64,000 nt of DNA from an uncultured delta proteobacterium (GCA_963753975.1 CAVWEH010000005.1:160001-224000); one strand, 5' to 3'; positions 9,268-19,922 are shown, counted from the stretch's first letter. The notes: generated from the letters alone by a model not told the origin. Program-made: numbers and translations.

Positions 9268-9897
9268 ATGAACTCAAAAAGATATAATGCGCTGACTTCT
9301 CTGTTGCTGGCTATCATTATTGGCGTTGGCCTGGCGGCCTGTTCGTCCCCAGCCAAGTTGCCGCACCTTGCCAACGATGCTGTCATTGTGGCGTTCGGTG
9401 ATAGCTTGACATTCGGAACCGGAGCTGAACAGGGGGAGAGTTATCCCGCAGTTTTGGAAAAAATGATTGGCCGGCACGTGGTTAATGCGGGAGTACCGGG
9501 GGAAGTGACTGCTGATGGATTAGCCCGCCTACCTGCGATTCTGGAGCGGGAAAAACCTGCTCTTTTGCTTCTGTGCCACGGCGGCAACGACCAGCTTAGG
9601 CGCTTGAACCATGAGCAAATTGCCAACAACATCCGGGAAATGATTCTGTTAGCACAGAAAAAAGAAATAGCTGTTGTTCTCATTGCGGTACCAGCTCCGG
9701 GGCTATCTCTTTCACCTCCGTCAATGTACCGCGAAATTGCCAAGGAGCTATCCATTCCCATCGAAGAGGAAACATTATCCACGGTGTTGGCCGATAGCTC
9801 TCTCAAGTCGGATTATATCCATCCCAATGCCGCGGGATACCGCCGTCTGGCTGAATCTATTGTAAATCTTCTTAAGAAAAGCGGTGCAATAGATTAG
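9268..9897 (+). CDS. GDSL/SGNH arylesterase lipoprotein
   Basis: VAFGDSLTFG, NAGVPGE, GGND and DYIHPN blocks; lipobox LAAC; GGAG RBS before ATG 9268. Confidence 0.92.
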   Translation: MNSKRYNALTSLLLAIIIGVGLAACSSPAKLPHLANDAVIVAFGDSLTFGTGAEQGESYPAVLEKMIGRHVVNAGVPGEVTADGLARLPAILEREKPALLLLCHGGNDQLRRLNHEQIANNIREMILLAQKKEIAVVLIAVPAPGLSLSPPSMYREIAKELSIPIEEETLSTVLADSSLKSDYIHPNAAGYRRLAESIVNLLKKSGAID

Positions 9898-9990
9898 CCC
9901 GCCATCTCCTCGACCCTGATATCGTAAATGTTGTGATAATTAAAGTGGATGATGAATGTTTCCGGCTTTAATTCTATATGAGTTCCCAAA

Positions 9991-10428
9991 TTACGGTTTC
10001 TCTATCTTCTCCAATTCCATAATTTTTCTCCTCAGTGCTTCGGGGATGGGGACTTTTTTATTGTTGTGGTAATCGTAAGTCACGATCACGCCTTCGCCGT
10101 CGGCGGCAATTCTTTTGTGCTTGGTGCTGAAGACTTCATAGCCCATTACAAACCGGTCTTCTTCCATGCTTAATATTTTGGTTCCGACAATCACCGTATC
10201 GGGATAATGCAGGGGCATCTTGAAGCGGCACTCGGTAGATGCAAGAATCGGCCCGATGCCCGTTTCCTGTTGATAGCCCAGCATGTTCAGGCGGTTGAAG
10301 TACTCGATTCTCACACTTTCAAAATAACGAAAATAGATAATGTTATTAACATGCCCCATAGCGTCCATCTCGCCCCAGGCCACGGGAATATTCATGACCA
10401 CCGTGCAAGCCGATAATACTTCTTCCAT
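9991..10428 (-). CDS. Acyl-CoA thioesterase (4HBT/YbgC hot-dog family)
   Basis: VAWGEMDAMGHVNNIIYFRYFESVR. Confidence 0.92.
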   Translation of the reverse strand: MEEVLSACTVVMNIPVAWGEMDAMGHVNNIIYFRYFESVRIEYFNRLNMLGYQQETGIGPILASTECRFKMPLHYPDTVIVGTKILSMEEDRFVMGYEVFSTKHKRIAADGEGVIVTYDYHNNKKVPIPEALRRKIMELEKIEKP

Positions 10429-10636
10429 AACCTACACCTCGATTCTATTGATAAAATTAATTTCTTTTACGACTCTGCTGTTACAGGTAAAATTAAATCA
10501 AGCCGGTGTTTAAAGCAACAAAAATATTCTTCGGCTATTTCAAAAACCAATTGAACTCAAGACATATTACGGGTATATTTAACAACATAGTTTTTAAAAT
10601 GTATTATTTCTTATAATATTAAAGATAGGGCGCTGT

Positions 10637-11416
10637 ATGTCAAGACTGATGCCGGCGATTTTTTTTGGGCATGGCAACCCCATGAATGCCATATCGCAAA
10701 ATGCCTACACCGAGGGCTGGGCAGCAATTGGCAAAGCAATACCCCGTCCTCAGGCCATCCTTTCTGTTTCCGCTCACTGGTATTTGCCTGCCACAGCAGT
10801 TACCGCCAATCTGGAACCGGAAACGATTCACGATTTTGGTGGTTTCCCTCGCGAACTCTATGAGGTCGAATATAATGCTCCGGGCTCTCTTGAGCTTGCC
10901 AAGCACGTAAAGAATTTACTTGCGCCTGTTGCGGTTAAACTGGACAAAAGCTGGGGGTTGGATCACGGGACCTGGTCAGTGCTCAAACATATTTTCCCCA
11001 ACGCGGATATTCCCGTTGTGCAACTGAGTATTAATGAGATAAAACCCGCGCAATTCCACTATGATCTCGGTGAAAAACTGGCGCCGCTCAGGGAAGAAGG
11101 TGTTCTCATTATCGGCAGCGGTAATCTTGTGCATAACCTGCACGCTTATGCCTGGGGTCAGGGTGGAACTGCGCCTTTCGATTGGGCAACTCGATTCGAA
11201 ACGCAGGCGCGGGAGTTTTTACTCTCCGGTGAGGATGGCCGACTTATAGAGTATGAAAAATTAGGGCGGGATGCGATGTTGTCTATTCCGACACCTGACC
11301 ATTATCTACCGCTGCTATACGTAATTGCGACGCGCAGAGCCGATGAAAAGATCGGTTTCCCCGTGGAAGGGATTGACGGCGGCTCTGTTTCCATGCTGGC
11401 TTGCCAAATCGGCTGA
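10637..11416 (+). CDS. ygiD: 4,5-DOPA dioxygenase extradiol (LigB family)
   Basis: FFGHGNPMNA, VSAHW, TIHDFGGFP, GLDHGTWSVL, GSGNLVHNL, PTPDHYLPL. Confidence 0.9.
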   Translation: MSRLMPAIFFGHGNPMNAISQNAYTEGWAAIGKAIPRPQAILSVSAHWYLPATAVTANLEPETIHDFGGFPRELYEVEYNAPGSLELAKHVKNLLAPVAVKLDKSWGLDHGTWSVLKHIFPNADIPVVQLSINEIKPAQFHYDLGEKLAPLREEGVLIIGSGNLVHNLHAYAWGQGGTAPFDWATRFETQAREFLLSGEDGRLIEYEKLGRDAMLSIPTPDHYLPLLYVIATRRADEKIGFPVEGIDGGSVSMLACQIG

Positions 11417-11739
11417 TATAAATCTATGCTTTAATCGTGTTCGTGTGTTAGCTTCCTTCTTCTGTCAATTAATTAGCGCCCTACCCTAATTTTTTCACAT
11501 GCTTTAGGGACGTCTGTTAACTTCAAGAAACTTAAGAATTTTCTCTTTTACTTCCGGAAGGCTCTGAACGTGATGGAAATTAACGTTGACAACGACGGAC
11601 TCCGCATTCCGCCTGGAAGACATCCAGCTGCCACAATCGCCAGAGGTCCAAGGATTCGACGATACTTAAAGTGTATATTTCATTTATTACTTTTTCCGCT
11701 CACATCGCCACCTGACGGCGTCTGATTGCGCGGAAAATA

Positions 11740-11992
11740 GTACTTAAAAACGAAGCGCATTGAAATTTGTAACTCGAACAATCCCGCCATAAGCGGAGGG
11801 TAATGAGACTCAAATTCCGAAAGCAAAACGTATCGGAATTTGTTAGCCGAATCAATGAAACTCAGATATTACAAGCACGGCGCAGTAATATCTGTTAGTT
11901 GAATTGATCCCGTATAAGCAGGGATATAATACCCCACCCCTTGGGGCGGAATTAGGGTCCAGGGCTTGCCCTGGGGTTCATACCCGTGATTG
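11740..11992 (+). repeat. Family A hairpin repeat cluster plus GC-rich palindromic modules
   Basis: Tandem units 11801-11854 and 11853-11906, a degenerate unit before them, then CCAGGGCTTGCCCTGG and TACCCGTG. Confidence 0.8.
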
Positions 11993-12659
11993 ATATATTT
12001 TGTTTGGCTATTATCCCCATCCTCGGACGAAATGTAAATAAATTTCCTTTTACGGCTATCTATTAAGCAAGTATCTGAATTTACTAATTTCAAATACTTA
12101 GAGTTGAACGAATCCATCTGTACGCAAACGCTATGGGCTTTCCAACCTCGTCTTTTTTATTAAAAAATTAAAAATTCAGCAATAAAATTTTTTTGTTATA
12201 CCGCACAGAATAGAAATAACTCGTTAAAAGTGACGAGACTTAATTTGACAATATTCGGAAAGTCAAACATTGGTCAGGACATCTAATGCCAATCCTGGAA
12301 TTTGTCGACACGATTAAACAACCGGGGTTCTACTGGCCTATCGTTAACCAACCACTGTCAGGGGGTGCAAAGTTATAATGAAGGCCCTACTCCGATTATT
12401 ACAGGCGGCGCGGATGGCTCTATTGATAAAGTTTACCGACATAGACTTAATCAAACATACCCTGTCCAGGGAAACATGGGTCTTTGCCCAACAACTTGTG
12501 GTATCCCGCCGTAATGAGGGGCTTCAACCAGTAATCATTAGATTTCTGAAATAGAATGGCAAGCTGAAATTTGCACTTGCTGCAATTTCTCAAATGTGTA
12601 GAATCTATAATTCAATATATTTACCATAGGCTGAAGAATAATTTCGAGGAAATTAGATT

Positions 12660-15600
12660 ATGGCTGAATCCCTTCGCATCCTCATTTTGGAAGATAACCC
12701 GGCTGATGTAGAGTTGGTGCAGTTTGAGCTGCAAGAAGCAGGGCTCGTCTTCGTCCCCAAAATAGTGACAACTGAAGAAGATTTCATCCGCGAAATTGAG
12801 GAATTCTGCCCCGATCTTATCCTTTCCGATTACGATCTTCCCCGCTACGATGGCTCCTTAGCGCTGGCTGAGGCCAGAAAAAGGTGCCCCGATACCCCTT
12901 TTATTCTGGTAACCGGCGCTGTCACTGAAGACCGTGCTATCGAAATCCTCACGCAGGGCGCCAAGGATTATGTTCTGAAGAACCGGCTCGAGCAGCGGCT
13001 TGGACCGTCCGTCAAGAGAGCTCTGGCAGAGGCGCGCGAACATAGTGCGCGCAAGCGCGCAGAAGAGGAGCTCCACGAGGCTCACAGAACTCTGGAGGAA
13101 AAAGTCAAGATCAGGACTGCGGAGTTGGAAGCGGAGATGGCGGCGCGGAAGAAGTCGGAGGAGGCGCTCCGGGAGAGCGAGTCCCGAGAAAGGGTGCGCG
13201 CTGCCGAACTGCAGACGGTGATGGACATGGCACCCGTCGCGGTTTGGATTGCCCACGACCCGCAGTGCCTGCGGATTACCGGTAACAGATATGCCGACGA
13301 GATCATGCACGTGCCACCGGACGCCAATATATCAGCGAGTGTGGTTCCCGGCGAGGCGGCAGTTACCTATAGAGTTTTCCGTAATGGCCTAGAGATGAAG
13401 CCCGAAGAACTTCCTGCCCAGGTCGCCGCCTCCACCGGCAGGCCGGTAGCCGCGGAATTGCTGGATTTGGTTTTCTCCGATGGACGAGTGGTGACGACTA
13501 TTCTGGGCGCCATGCCGCTCTTCGATGCCGAGGGCCGCGTCCGCGGCTCCGTAGCCGCCGGCGTTGACGTGACGCGGCTCAGAAAGGCAGAGGAGGCACT
13601 GCGGCAGACAACCGAGCGCTTTGACATGGCGCAACATGCGGCTGAAGTGGGGACATGGGACTGGAATATCACAACGGGCGAGATCGAATGGTCAAATCAA
13701 ATGTTCAATCTTTTTCGGCTCGATCCACGAAGAAACATTGCTTCTTTTGAGTTGTGGGAAAGTATTATACATCCTGAAGACGTTAAAACAGCAAGTCTCC
13801 GAATTGAGGAAGCATTAAGCCAGAAGACAGCCCTGAACAGCGATTACCGGATTGTGTTGCCTGACGGGCAGACACGCTGGATAAACGCCGTGGGAGAAAG
13901 CAAGTATGACGACCAGGGTCAGCCAATCCGGATGATCGGCATCTGCACTGACATTACCGAGCGAAAGAAAGCGGAAGATACGTTACAGATAATGCTTCAA
14001 CGCCTCCATATTTTGGTTTCGAACATGCAAAGTAGTATTTTATTTGTAGGAGAAGGCGGGATTGAGTTGGCCAATCAGGCATTTTGCGACTATTTTGAAT
14101 TGCCGGAAATACCTGCAGACCTGATCGGACTTACTCCAAATCAATTAATGGGAAAAATAAAGAATGCTTATCTTCATCCTGAGGAAGCAATAAAGCGCAT
14201 CCAGGAAATCATTGATCGGAGACAACCGGTAATAGGCGAAGAAACCACCCTGCACGGCGGGCGGACATGCCTCCGGGATTTCATCCCCATAAACATAGAT
14301 GGAAAATCACTTGGCCGTTTATGGCATCACACTGACATCACCGAACGCAAGAATAGAGAGAAAGAACAGGAAAAGTTTAGCCGAACGCTCCGCGCGCTCG
14401 CCAAAAGCAATCAGGCTATAATGCAAGCTGCGGATGAATATAGGTACATGCAAGAGGTATGCAAAATTATTGTCGAGGACTGCGGCTATAGGATGGTATG
14501 GGTGGGCTTTGCCCAGAATAATAAGGATAAAACGGTCCGCCCTGTCGCCTATAGTGGTTTTGAAGAAGGCTACATCGAAGCATTGAAAGTAACCTGGGCG
14601 GATACTGAACGAGGCCGCGGGCCGACGGGTACGGCTATCCGTACGGGAAAACCAACTGCATGCAAGAATATGCTTGCTGACCCTCATTTCCAACCATGGC
14701 GAGAAGAAGCAATGAAACGAGGATATGCATCTTCCATTGCCTTACCGTTGATTGCCTACGGCAAGGCATTCGGTGCATTGACCATCTACTCAGAAGAACC
14801 TGATCACTTTGCGGAAGACGAGGTAAAGCTGCTTGCCGAATTAGCTGATGATTTCTCTTACGGCATCATGGCGATCCGATGGCGTCAAGCTCGTGAGGAA
14901 GCCGAGGAAGCGTTGAGGGAAAGCGAGGAAAAATATAGGAATCTTGTGAAATATGCTCCGGCGGCTATCTATGAAATGGATATTAAGGGAACAAAATTCT
15001 TCAGCGTAAACGATGTCATGTGCGAGATCCTCGGGTATTCAAGGGAGGAACTGCTTTCAATTAAACCTACCGACCTCCTCGACCAGAAAAGCAAATCGCT
15101 TTTCAAAGAAATGGTAAAAAAGAATCTTTCAGGAGAAAAAACAGAAGAAACCGCTGAATATCGCATCAGAAGAAAGGACAGCGAGTGGATATATACAGTC
15201 GTTAACGTGGGGGCATTCTCTTACACAAATAAAAAATCCCCCAGGGTCGCAGTCATCGCACACGACATCACCGGACGTAAACGGGCTGAAGAGGCTATCC
15301 TCCGGGTTAAGGAGGAATGGGAACGGACATTCGACACAATCCCGGATCTGATCGCTATCTTGGACAAAGAGCATAGGATTCTCCGGATAAATAAGGCGAT
15401 GGCAGACCGCCTGGGGCTGGCGCTCAGCCAATGCATCGGCATCAGATGCTACGAGGTTGTCCATGGCCTCTCCCAGCCGCCAGAGTTTTGTCCGCATGCC
15501 CTGACTTGTCGGGACGGCTATGAGCACGTTGCCGAGGTGCACGAAGCGGTTCTCGGTGGCGACTTTCTGGTGAGCACGACACCGCTCTGTGATGAGAATG

Positions 15601-16382
15601 GTCAAGTCATCGGATCTATCCACGTTGCGCGCAATATCACCCAAAGAAAGCAGATGGAGGAAGAACTGCGACAGAAATCTTATCATTTGGAGGCAGCCAA
15701 CAAAGAGTTGGAAAGTTTCAGCTACTCCGTCTCCCATGACCTCCGGGCGCCGCTCAGGGCCATTGATGGTTTTTCCCGAATCATCCTCAGGCAGTGGGGA
15801 CATAAATTTGATAAAGACACCAGGAATCAATTCGACTTGATTAGAGACAATATCAAGATCATGGGAGTTCTGATTGATGATCTTCTTTCTTTTTCCAAGC
15901 TACAAAAAACAGCTATGAGCGTCACGACAATTGATATGGACAAACTTGCTGCCGAAGTATGGAAAGAGCTAAGCGCAGCAAATAAGGAACGAGCGCTGAA
16001 GCTCAAGATCGCGAAGATACTGCCCGGATACGGAGACCGGACTCTCGTCAAACAAGTACTGTTCAATCTTTTCGACAATGCCGTTAAATTCACCAAGAAT
16101 CGAAAACAGGGCATTATCGAAATGCGCAGTTACAAGGATGCCGGCAGCGTTGTTTACTGTTTGAAGGATAACGGCGCGGGCTTTGATATGGCTTATTATG
16201 ACAAGCTCTTTGGTGTCTTCCAGCGGCTTCACAGCAATGAGGAATATGAGGGAACGGGCGTGGGGCTGGCAATTGTTCAGCGGATCATCGACAGGCATGG
16301 TGGAAGGGTCTGGGCGGAGGGGGAAGTGGGAAAGGGAGCAACCTTTTATTTTACGCTGCCTGCATATACATCCTCAAGATGA
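12660..16382 (+). CDS. Sensor histidine kinase: N-terminal receiver, multiple PAS/PAC, GAF, HisKA, HATPase
   Basis: ILILEDNPAD...DLILSDY (REC); repeated D(I/V)TERK PAC ends; FSYSVSHDLRAPL; NLFDNAVKF; GTGVGLAIV. Confidence 0.95.
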   Translation: MAESLRILILEDNPADVELVQFELQEAGLVFVPKIVTTEEDFIREIEEFCPDLILSDYDLPRYDGSLALAEARKRCPDTPFILVTGAVTEDRAIEILTQGAKDYVLKNRLEQRLGPSVKRALAEAREHSARKRAEEELHEAHRTLEEKVKIRTAELEAEMAARKKSEEALRESESRERVRAAELQTVMDMAPVAVWIAHDPQCLRITGNRYADEIMHVPPDANISASVVPGEAAVTYRVFRNGLEMKPEELPAQVAASTGRPVAAELLDLVFSDGRVVTTILGAMPLFDAEGRVRGSVAAGVDVTRLRKAEEALRQTTERFDMAQHAAEVGTWDWNITTGEIEWSNQMFNLFRLDPRRNIASFELWESIIHPEDVKTASLRIEEALSQKTALNSDYRIVLPDGQTRWINAVGESKYDDQGQPIRMIGICTDITERKKAEDTLQIMLQRLHILVSNMQSSILFVGEGGIELANQAFCDYFELPEIPADLIGLTPNQLMGKIKNAYLHPEEAIKRIQEIIDRRQPVIGEETTLHGGRTCLRDFIPINIDGKSLGRLWHHTDITERKNREKEQEKFSRTLRALAKSNQAIMQAADEYRYMQEVCKIIVEDCGYRMVWVGFAQNNKDKTVRPVAYSGFEEGYIEALKVTWADTERGRGPTGTAIRTGKPTACKNMLADPHFQPWREEAMKRGYASSIALPLIAYGKAFGALTIYSEEPDHFAEDEVKLLAELADDFSYGIMAIRWRQAREEAEEALRESEEKYRNLVKYAPAAIYEMDIKGTKFFSVNDVMCEILGYSREELLSIKPTDLLDQKSKSLFKEMVKKNLSGEKTEETAEYRIRRKDSEWIYTVVNVGAFSYTNKKSPRVAVIAHDITGRKRAEEAILRVKEEWERTFDTIPDLIAILDKEHRILRINKAMADRLGLALSQCIGIRCYEVVHGLSQPPEFCPHALTCRDGYEHVAEVHEAVLGGDFLVSTTPLCDENGQVIGSIHVARNITQRKQMEEELRQKSYHLEAANKELESFSYSVSHDLRAPLRAIDGFSRIILRQWGHKFDKDTRNQFDLIRDNIKIMGVLIDDLLSFSKLQKTAMSVTTIDMDKLAAEVWKELSAANKERALKLKIAKILPGYGDRTLVKQVLFNLFDNAVKFTKNRKQGIIEMRSYKDAGSVVYCLKDNGAGFDMAYYDKLFGVFQRLHSNEEYEGTGVGLAIVQRIIDRHGGRVWAEGEVGKGATFYFTLPAYTSSR

Positions 16383-16607
16383 GGCTGTTTTTTGAGAAGA
16401 ATTAGGCTGCGTTCGACTTGATCGTTTCTTATGGCAATCCTCGCTTTCCTTCACTTGATAACTGTCTATGCCAATTCTAAATCAAAACGCTATCCTTGTT
16501 GGCAGCACCGCCAACTGCATGCCGGATGAATCCAAAATCTTTTTGTCATGTAGAATTGCTAAGAAAATGAATTGGTTTTTTAAGTGCTTTACCTTGCCGG
16601 TAATTCC

Positions 16608-16634
16608 CACTTGTAAGTTACCACCTTACAAGTG
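16608..16634. terminator. Hairpin between convergent genes
   Basis: CACTTGTAAG-ttaccac-CTTACAAGTG. Confidence 0.5.
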
Positions 16635-16642
16635 AATTGATA

Positions 16643-16870
16643 TCAGACATACTCCTGATAGGTAGGGTCGTACATCTTCGATTTGATCAGGCCGGGCAGA
16701 TCGGGAGGTTTTGGCAGCACGGTGAGTCCGCTCGCAAAGGCAACCTTGGCGACGGCCAGCGCAATATTGACCGACACTTCGCGAATGCGCGACAAGGAAG
16801 GATAAATCCGTCCCAGCATAAAATCTTTCTCCGAAACCTGTTCATCCAAAGCTTTGGCGGCGGCAAGTAG
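16643..16870 (-). pseudogene. C-terminal remnant of an NAD-dependent malic enzyme
   Basis: LAAAKALDEQVSEKDFMLGRIYPSLSRIREVSVNIALAVAKVAF...MYDPTY matches malic enzyme C-termini; the 5' part is replaced by a repeat. Confidence 0.8.
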
Positions 16871-16948
16871 GAGAATCCGCAGGCGTATTACTAATACGTT
16901 GAGGAAGCCGACGACACAGCCAACAAAGTTAGCCAAAGAAAGCGAAAT
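16860..16948 (-). repeat. Family B palindromic repeat (second copy at 49770-49862)
   Basis: Shared CTTTGTTGGCT..CGTCGGCTTCCTCAACG..TA(C/T)GCCTGCGGA..CTTGC. Confidence 0.8.
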
Positions 16949-16952
16949 GGTA

Positions 16953-17345
16953 TTAGTTTCGTTCCACAAATTCTACAACGTTGCCATCCGGATCTTTGAC
17001 CATTGCAATGCGCACGCCGGGCCGGATTTCTTTTTCCGGCAAGGTAAATTCTATGCCGCTTTTTTGGAGATCCTTGCAAAGTTCAGAGAGATTCTCTATT
17101 ACAAAAGTCACATAACGAAACCCGATTTGCTTTTCTAAACCAACGGCTCCGCGGGGAGGAACCGTCTTCGGCTCAACCAATTTGAAGTCACTTGTACCGA
17201 ATCTGAGCCGGTGCATTGTGCCAAACCATAAAGGAACTGTGCCCACAAACGTGAGCCCCAAAATATTTTGATAAAAGTTGAGGCTGGCCTTGATATCGCT
17301 GACAATCACCCCGATATCCAGAGAATCCTTTGCCGGTTTCATCAT
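16953..17345 (-). CDS. VOC/glyoxalase family protein (copy 2)
   Basis: Near-identical paralog of 8169-8561. Confidence 0.88.
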   Translation of the reverse strand: MMKPAKDSLDIGVIVSDIKASLNFYQNILGLTFVGTVPLWFGTMHRLRFGTSDFKLVEPKTVPPRGAVGLEKQIGFRYVTFVIENLSELCKDLQKSGIEFTLPEKEIRPGVRIAMVKDPDGNVVEFVERN

Positions 17346-17353
17346 TTTGTTTA

Positions 17354-17450
17354 TTGTGAACCTCCAATTCCGAAAGCGAAGCACGGCGAAGCGTAGCGAA
17401 ATTGGTAAGTTGAACAATCCCGCGAAGCGGAGGGTATCATACCCGTGGTT
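17354..17450 (+). repeat. Family A unit plus ATCCCG...TACCCGTGG module
   Basis: TTGT GA ACCT CCAATT..AATTGG TA AGTT GA ACAA then TCCCGCGAAGCGGAGGGTATCATACCCGTGG. Confidence 0.75.
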
Positions 17451-17603
17451 CCTTTCTGATTATTGCTGCTGAGAATGTAGCATAAAAGGGTAAAATATAA
17501 AAACTAGCTTTTCAAGAAGAGGCGCCCTTTTCTTGGCAAAAAACAAGAACCGTTATTTGATTAATTAATAACAATTAAGTAATTTCGATACCGGAGAAAA
17601 ATC

Positions 17604-18034
17604 ATGATCTCAAGAATATTTAATACGCTGACTTACCTGTTGCTGACAATTATTGTCGGCTTCGCTCTAGCGGCCTGTTCGTCCCCAGCCAAGTTGCCAC
17701 ACCTTGCTCATGCCACGGCGGCAACGACCAGCTTAGGCGCTTGAACCATGAGCAAATTGCCAACAACATCCGGGAAATGATTCGGCTAGCGCAGAAAAGA
17801 GGAGTAGCTGTTGTTCTCATTGCGGTGCCGGCCCCGGGGCTATCTCTTTCACCTCCGTCAATGTACCGCGAAATTGCCAAGGAGCTATCCATTCCCATCG
17901 AAGAGGAAACATTATCCACGGTGTTGGCCGATAGCTCTCTCAAGTCGGATTATATCCATCCCAATGCCGCGGGATACCGCCGTCTGGCTGAATCTATTGT
18001 AAATCTTCTTAAGAAAAGCGGTGCAATAGATTAG
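17604..18034 (+). pseudogene. Internally deleted copy of the GDSL arylesterase
   Basis: 5' end and last ~320 nt match 9268-9897; ~200 nt including the catalytic GDSL block are missing at ~17708. Confidence 0.88.
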
Positions 18035-18077
18035 TCTGCTTTTTTGAAAGAAAATACATTTTTATCCGGTAAGCTTT

Positions 18078-19007
18078 CTATGATGGAAAAGGTTCAACCA
18101 GAATTTTAATATCCTCTTTGTTGTTTCCGGCTAACACTTCGAAGCCTTCTTCTTTGATTTTGTCCAGGGGGATAATTTTGGTGATCACACTCTCCGGACG
18201 GATGCTTCCGCTTTTAATCCAGGACAGAGCCAATTCAGGATGGATAGAGTTGGTGCCGATCATGGTTGTTTCACGAGTCACGAAACCGAGCATATGCACG
18301 GATGCCCGCTGGGTGAAAATGCCCTGAACAATTACCTTCCCCATATATTTTACCGAAGAGAGACAATCTTTTAGTGTTGCTTCAATGCCGACGGCTTCGA
18401 TGGCCACGTCAACGCCTTTGCCGGAAGTCAACTCTTTGACCTTTGACGCGGTTTTTATTTCCAGCGGATTCCATACCAGGGCCGCACCCAGCTCTTGCGC
18501 TTTTTTGCGCCTGTATTCCAGAAGGTCGGTCATATATACGGTTTTCACACCCATGGCCTTTAACCCTAAAAGGAGCATGAGACCCACAGTGCCGCAACCG
18601 ACGATAAGAACTTTTTCATCTCCTTTGATTCCGGCGCGATTCAGTGCATAAGCCGCTCCCGAGAGAGGTTCGACGACCGCCGCGCGCTTCCAATCCATAT
18701 TCGCGGGAATTTTCAGCAAACGCTCCTGCGGGCAGTTAATGTATTCGGCATAGGAGCCGGAAATGACGGAGCAGACGCGCTCACCCACAGTATAGCCTTT
18801 AACGCCTTCTCCTATAGCAACTATCTCGCCGCAGGCTTCATGGCCGAAAGGGCTTTCGGGAAAGGGCCCGTGGAGATATTCGTGCAAATCCGAACCGCAA
18901 ATACCACAGTATTTGATTTTAATCTTAACCTCGCCTTTCCCCGGTTGGATTTCGGGAACCTCCTCGACCGTGATATCGTGAATGCCATGATAGATAACCT
19001 TCTTCAT
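18078..19007 (-). CDS. Zn-dependent MDR alcohol/butanediol dehydrogenase-like
   Basis: CGICGSDLH, GHE, IVGCGTVG; lacks the structural Zn loop. Confidence 0.88.
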   Translation of the reverse strand: MKKVIYHGIHDITVEEVPEIQPGKGEVKIKIKYCGICGSDLHEYLHGPFPESPFGHEACGEIVAIGEGVKGYTVGERVCSVISGSYAEYINCPQERLLKIPANMDWKRAAVVEPLSGAAYALNRAGIKGDEKVLIVGCGTVGLMLLLGLKAMGVKTVYMTDLLEYRRKKAQELGAALVWNPLEIKTASKVKELTSGKGVDVAIEAVGIEATLKDCLSSVKYMGKVIVQGIFTQRASVHMLGFVTRETTMIGTNSIHPELALSWIKSGSIRPESVITKIIPLDKIKEEGFEVLAGNNKEDIKILVEPFPS

Positions 19008-19277
19008 TGAACATGCCCCTTTCCAATTATTAAGCCAAGCTGCTTATAGTCTATGATAACTAAAAAGGCAAAAAGTTCTTGCGTACCGAGGCGCAATTCT
19101 TTTCAATCCATCGGATATTGGCTGGTCTAATGCTTTCAGCCTCTTGTGCCCCGTTAGGGGTATCAGCATTTTTAAAAGCACTTGAACTCACCACATATTG
19201 CGAGTATGTTTAATCAGTAGCTTTGCTTAAAAAAAATAGATGCGTTTTCATTGTCCCTTAATAAGAGTCAATAGAGA

Positions 19278-19922
19278 ATGAAGACAAGGATTATCAAGGT
19301 TAAATTAGCTAAATGGTTTCCATCTAACGACGACTTATCAAAAAAGATAGCACGGTTATGCATTTTAAGGGAAGATTTAATGTTTCAACTTCAATGTGCA
19401 ATAGAATCTCGTAATGTACCAATTAAAGATGATTATGGCTCGGCATGGAGGGAAACATATTATTTCAGACATATGTTTGGTACTTTACAAGAAATTCGTC
19501 GTTCCATTGAAAGCCTCGCAAAAGATGTTAATTTTAAGTCTTTTTTAGATGCTCAATCACCAAAGTTACAAGAAGAATTTACACAATTGAAAAAACAGTT
19601 CAATTCCGAGCGTGAAAAAATAAAAACTATTAGACGTGAGATTGGAGTGCATATAGAAGAAAATATTGTTGGAGAAGCACTTCTAAACATGAGTCATAAA
19701 CGTTGGGGGTTTTTACATATTTCACAGCGTGGACCAGCAAAAACGCATTATAAATTTGTTGGTGAACTTATAATGTCTATTATGTTGCGAAATACACCCG
19801 ACAAAGAGCAGCTTCATAAAGCACAAGAAATTGTCGATGTACTAATCAATACCATGCAAAATTTATTTCCTATTATTGACTGGACTTTTTTAAATTATGC
19901 AATAGACCGAAAACTCTTATAG
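19278..19922 (+). CDS. Hypothetical AT-rich helical protein, possibly HEPN-like
   Basis: 214-aa ORF, visibly AT-richer than its neighbours; RREIGVH motif. Confidence 0.6.
   Translation: MKTRIIKVKLAKWFPSNDDLSKKIARLCILREDLMFQLQCAIESRNVPIKDDYGSAWRETYYFRHMFGTLQEIRRSIESLAKDVNFKSFLDAQSPKLQEEFTQLKKQFNSEREKIKTIRREIGVHIEENIVGEALLNMSHKRWGFLHISQRGPAKTHYKFVGELIMSIMLRNTPDKEQLHKAQEIVDVLINTMQNLFPIIDWTFLNYAIDRKLL

Noticed and set aside
11801..11906. Family A units as integron attC sites (GTTAGCC resembles the R' core)
   Set aside because: No complementary RYYYAAC at the other end, no one-site-per-gene cassette pattern and no integrase
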